From contig OX597840.1 in assembly GCA_951406725.2 (NCBI GenBank), positions 2,418,001-2,482,000 on the forward strand: DNA of 64,000 bases, read 5' to 3'. Positions 63,798 to 64,000 of the stretch are shown here, in pieces (positions within the stretch are counted from its first letter, which is position 1; each line of letters begins with the position of its first letter). Both the position numbers and the translations under genes were made by a program. The notes below the pieces were generated by a model. That model was given only the letters and a program-made list of their open reading frames with translations, did no database searches and was not told the DNA's origin. Source of the stretch: Octopus vulgaris. Its lineage: Eukaryota.

Positions 63798-64000
63798 AAC
63801 AGGTCGCGGTCTCAAAGCGACGAAAATATTTTGACAAATTAAATTTAAGTGTTCAAGTGAATCTAACGGTTTTGTGTGTTTCTTAAATGGCTTATAAACA
63901 CCTTCCACGCTGCAAAAAAAAAAAGTTATTTGCCTAAGTTTTAACATCATCTCCTTCGAAATAGTAACCTTGCACAGCAATACACCGGTCCCTGTGTTCC
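63798..64000 (-). mobile_element. mariner 3' end, cut by window edge
   Basis: Minus strand DRCIAVQGYYFEG, typical of a mariner C-terminus. Confidence 0.55.

Overview
This is a eukaryotic, very repeat-rich and largely non-coding window. The SINE families and extreme microsatellite load point to an octopus or other coleoid cephalopod (inferred from recognising the repeats, not verified). Almost all long ORFs in the track are artefacts of (TA)n, (TG)n or trinucleotide runs. Real content: four tRNA-derived SINE families in about 30 copies, decayed Tc1/mariner elements, Helitron-type elements, solo LTRs, RTE and other LINE 3' ends, a decayed Penelope-like (RT + GIY-YIG) element with many pseudo-LTR fragments, and a few small candidate exons. 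The main finding is a dense set of type I hammerhead ribozyme (HHR) motifs. A compact, highly self-complementary 349-nt retrozyme-like unit with a near-canonical HHR (5498-5917) sits inside an older, opposite-strand ~315-bp tandem array whose units also carry HHR cores. Several further HHR or HHR-variant motifs occur in Penelope-like termini, often as perfect fold-back palindromes. Other notable features are an exon-sized inverted duplicate (a possible ADAR duplex), a LINE-SINE shared 3' hairpin with covariation, and SINE multimers with a fixed junction. All structures were read by eye; no folding or database search was run.
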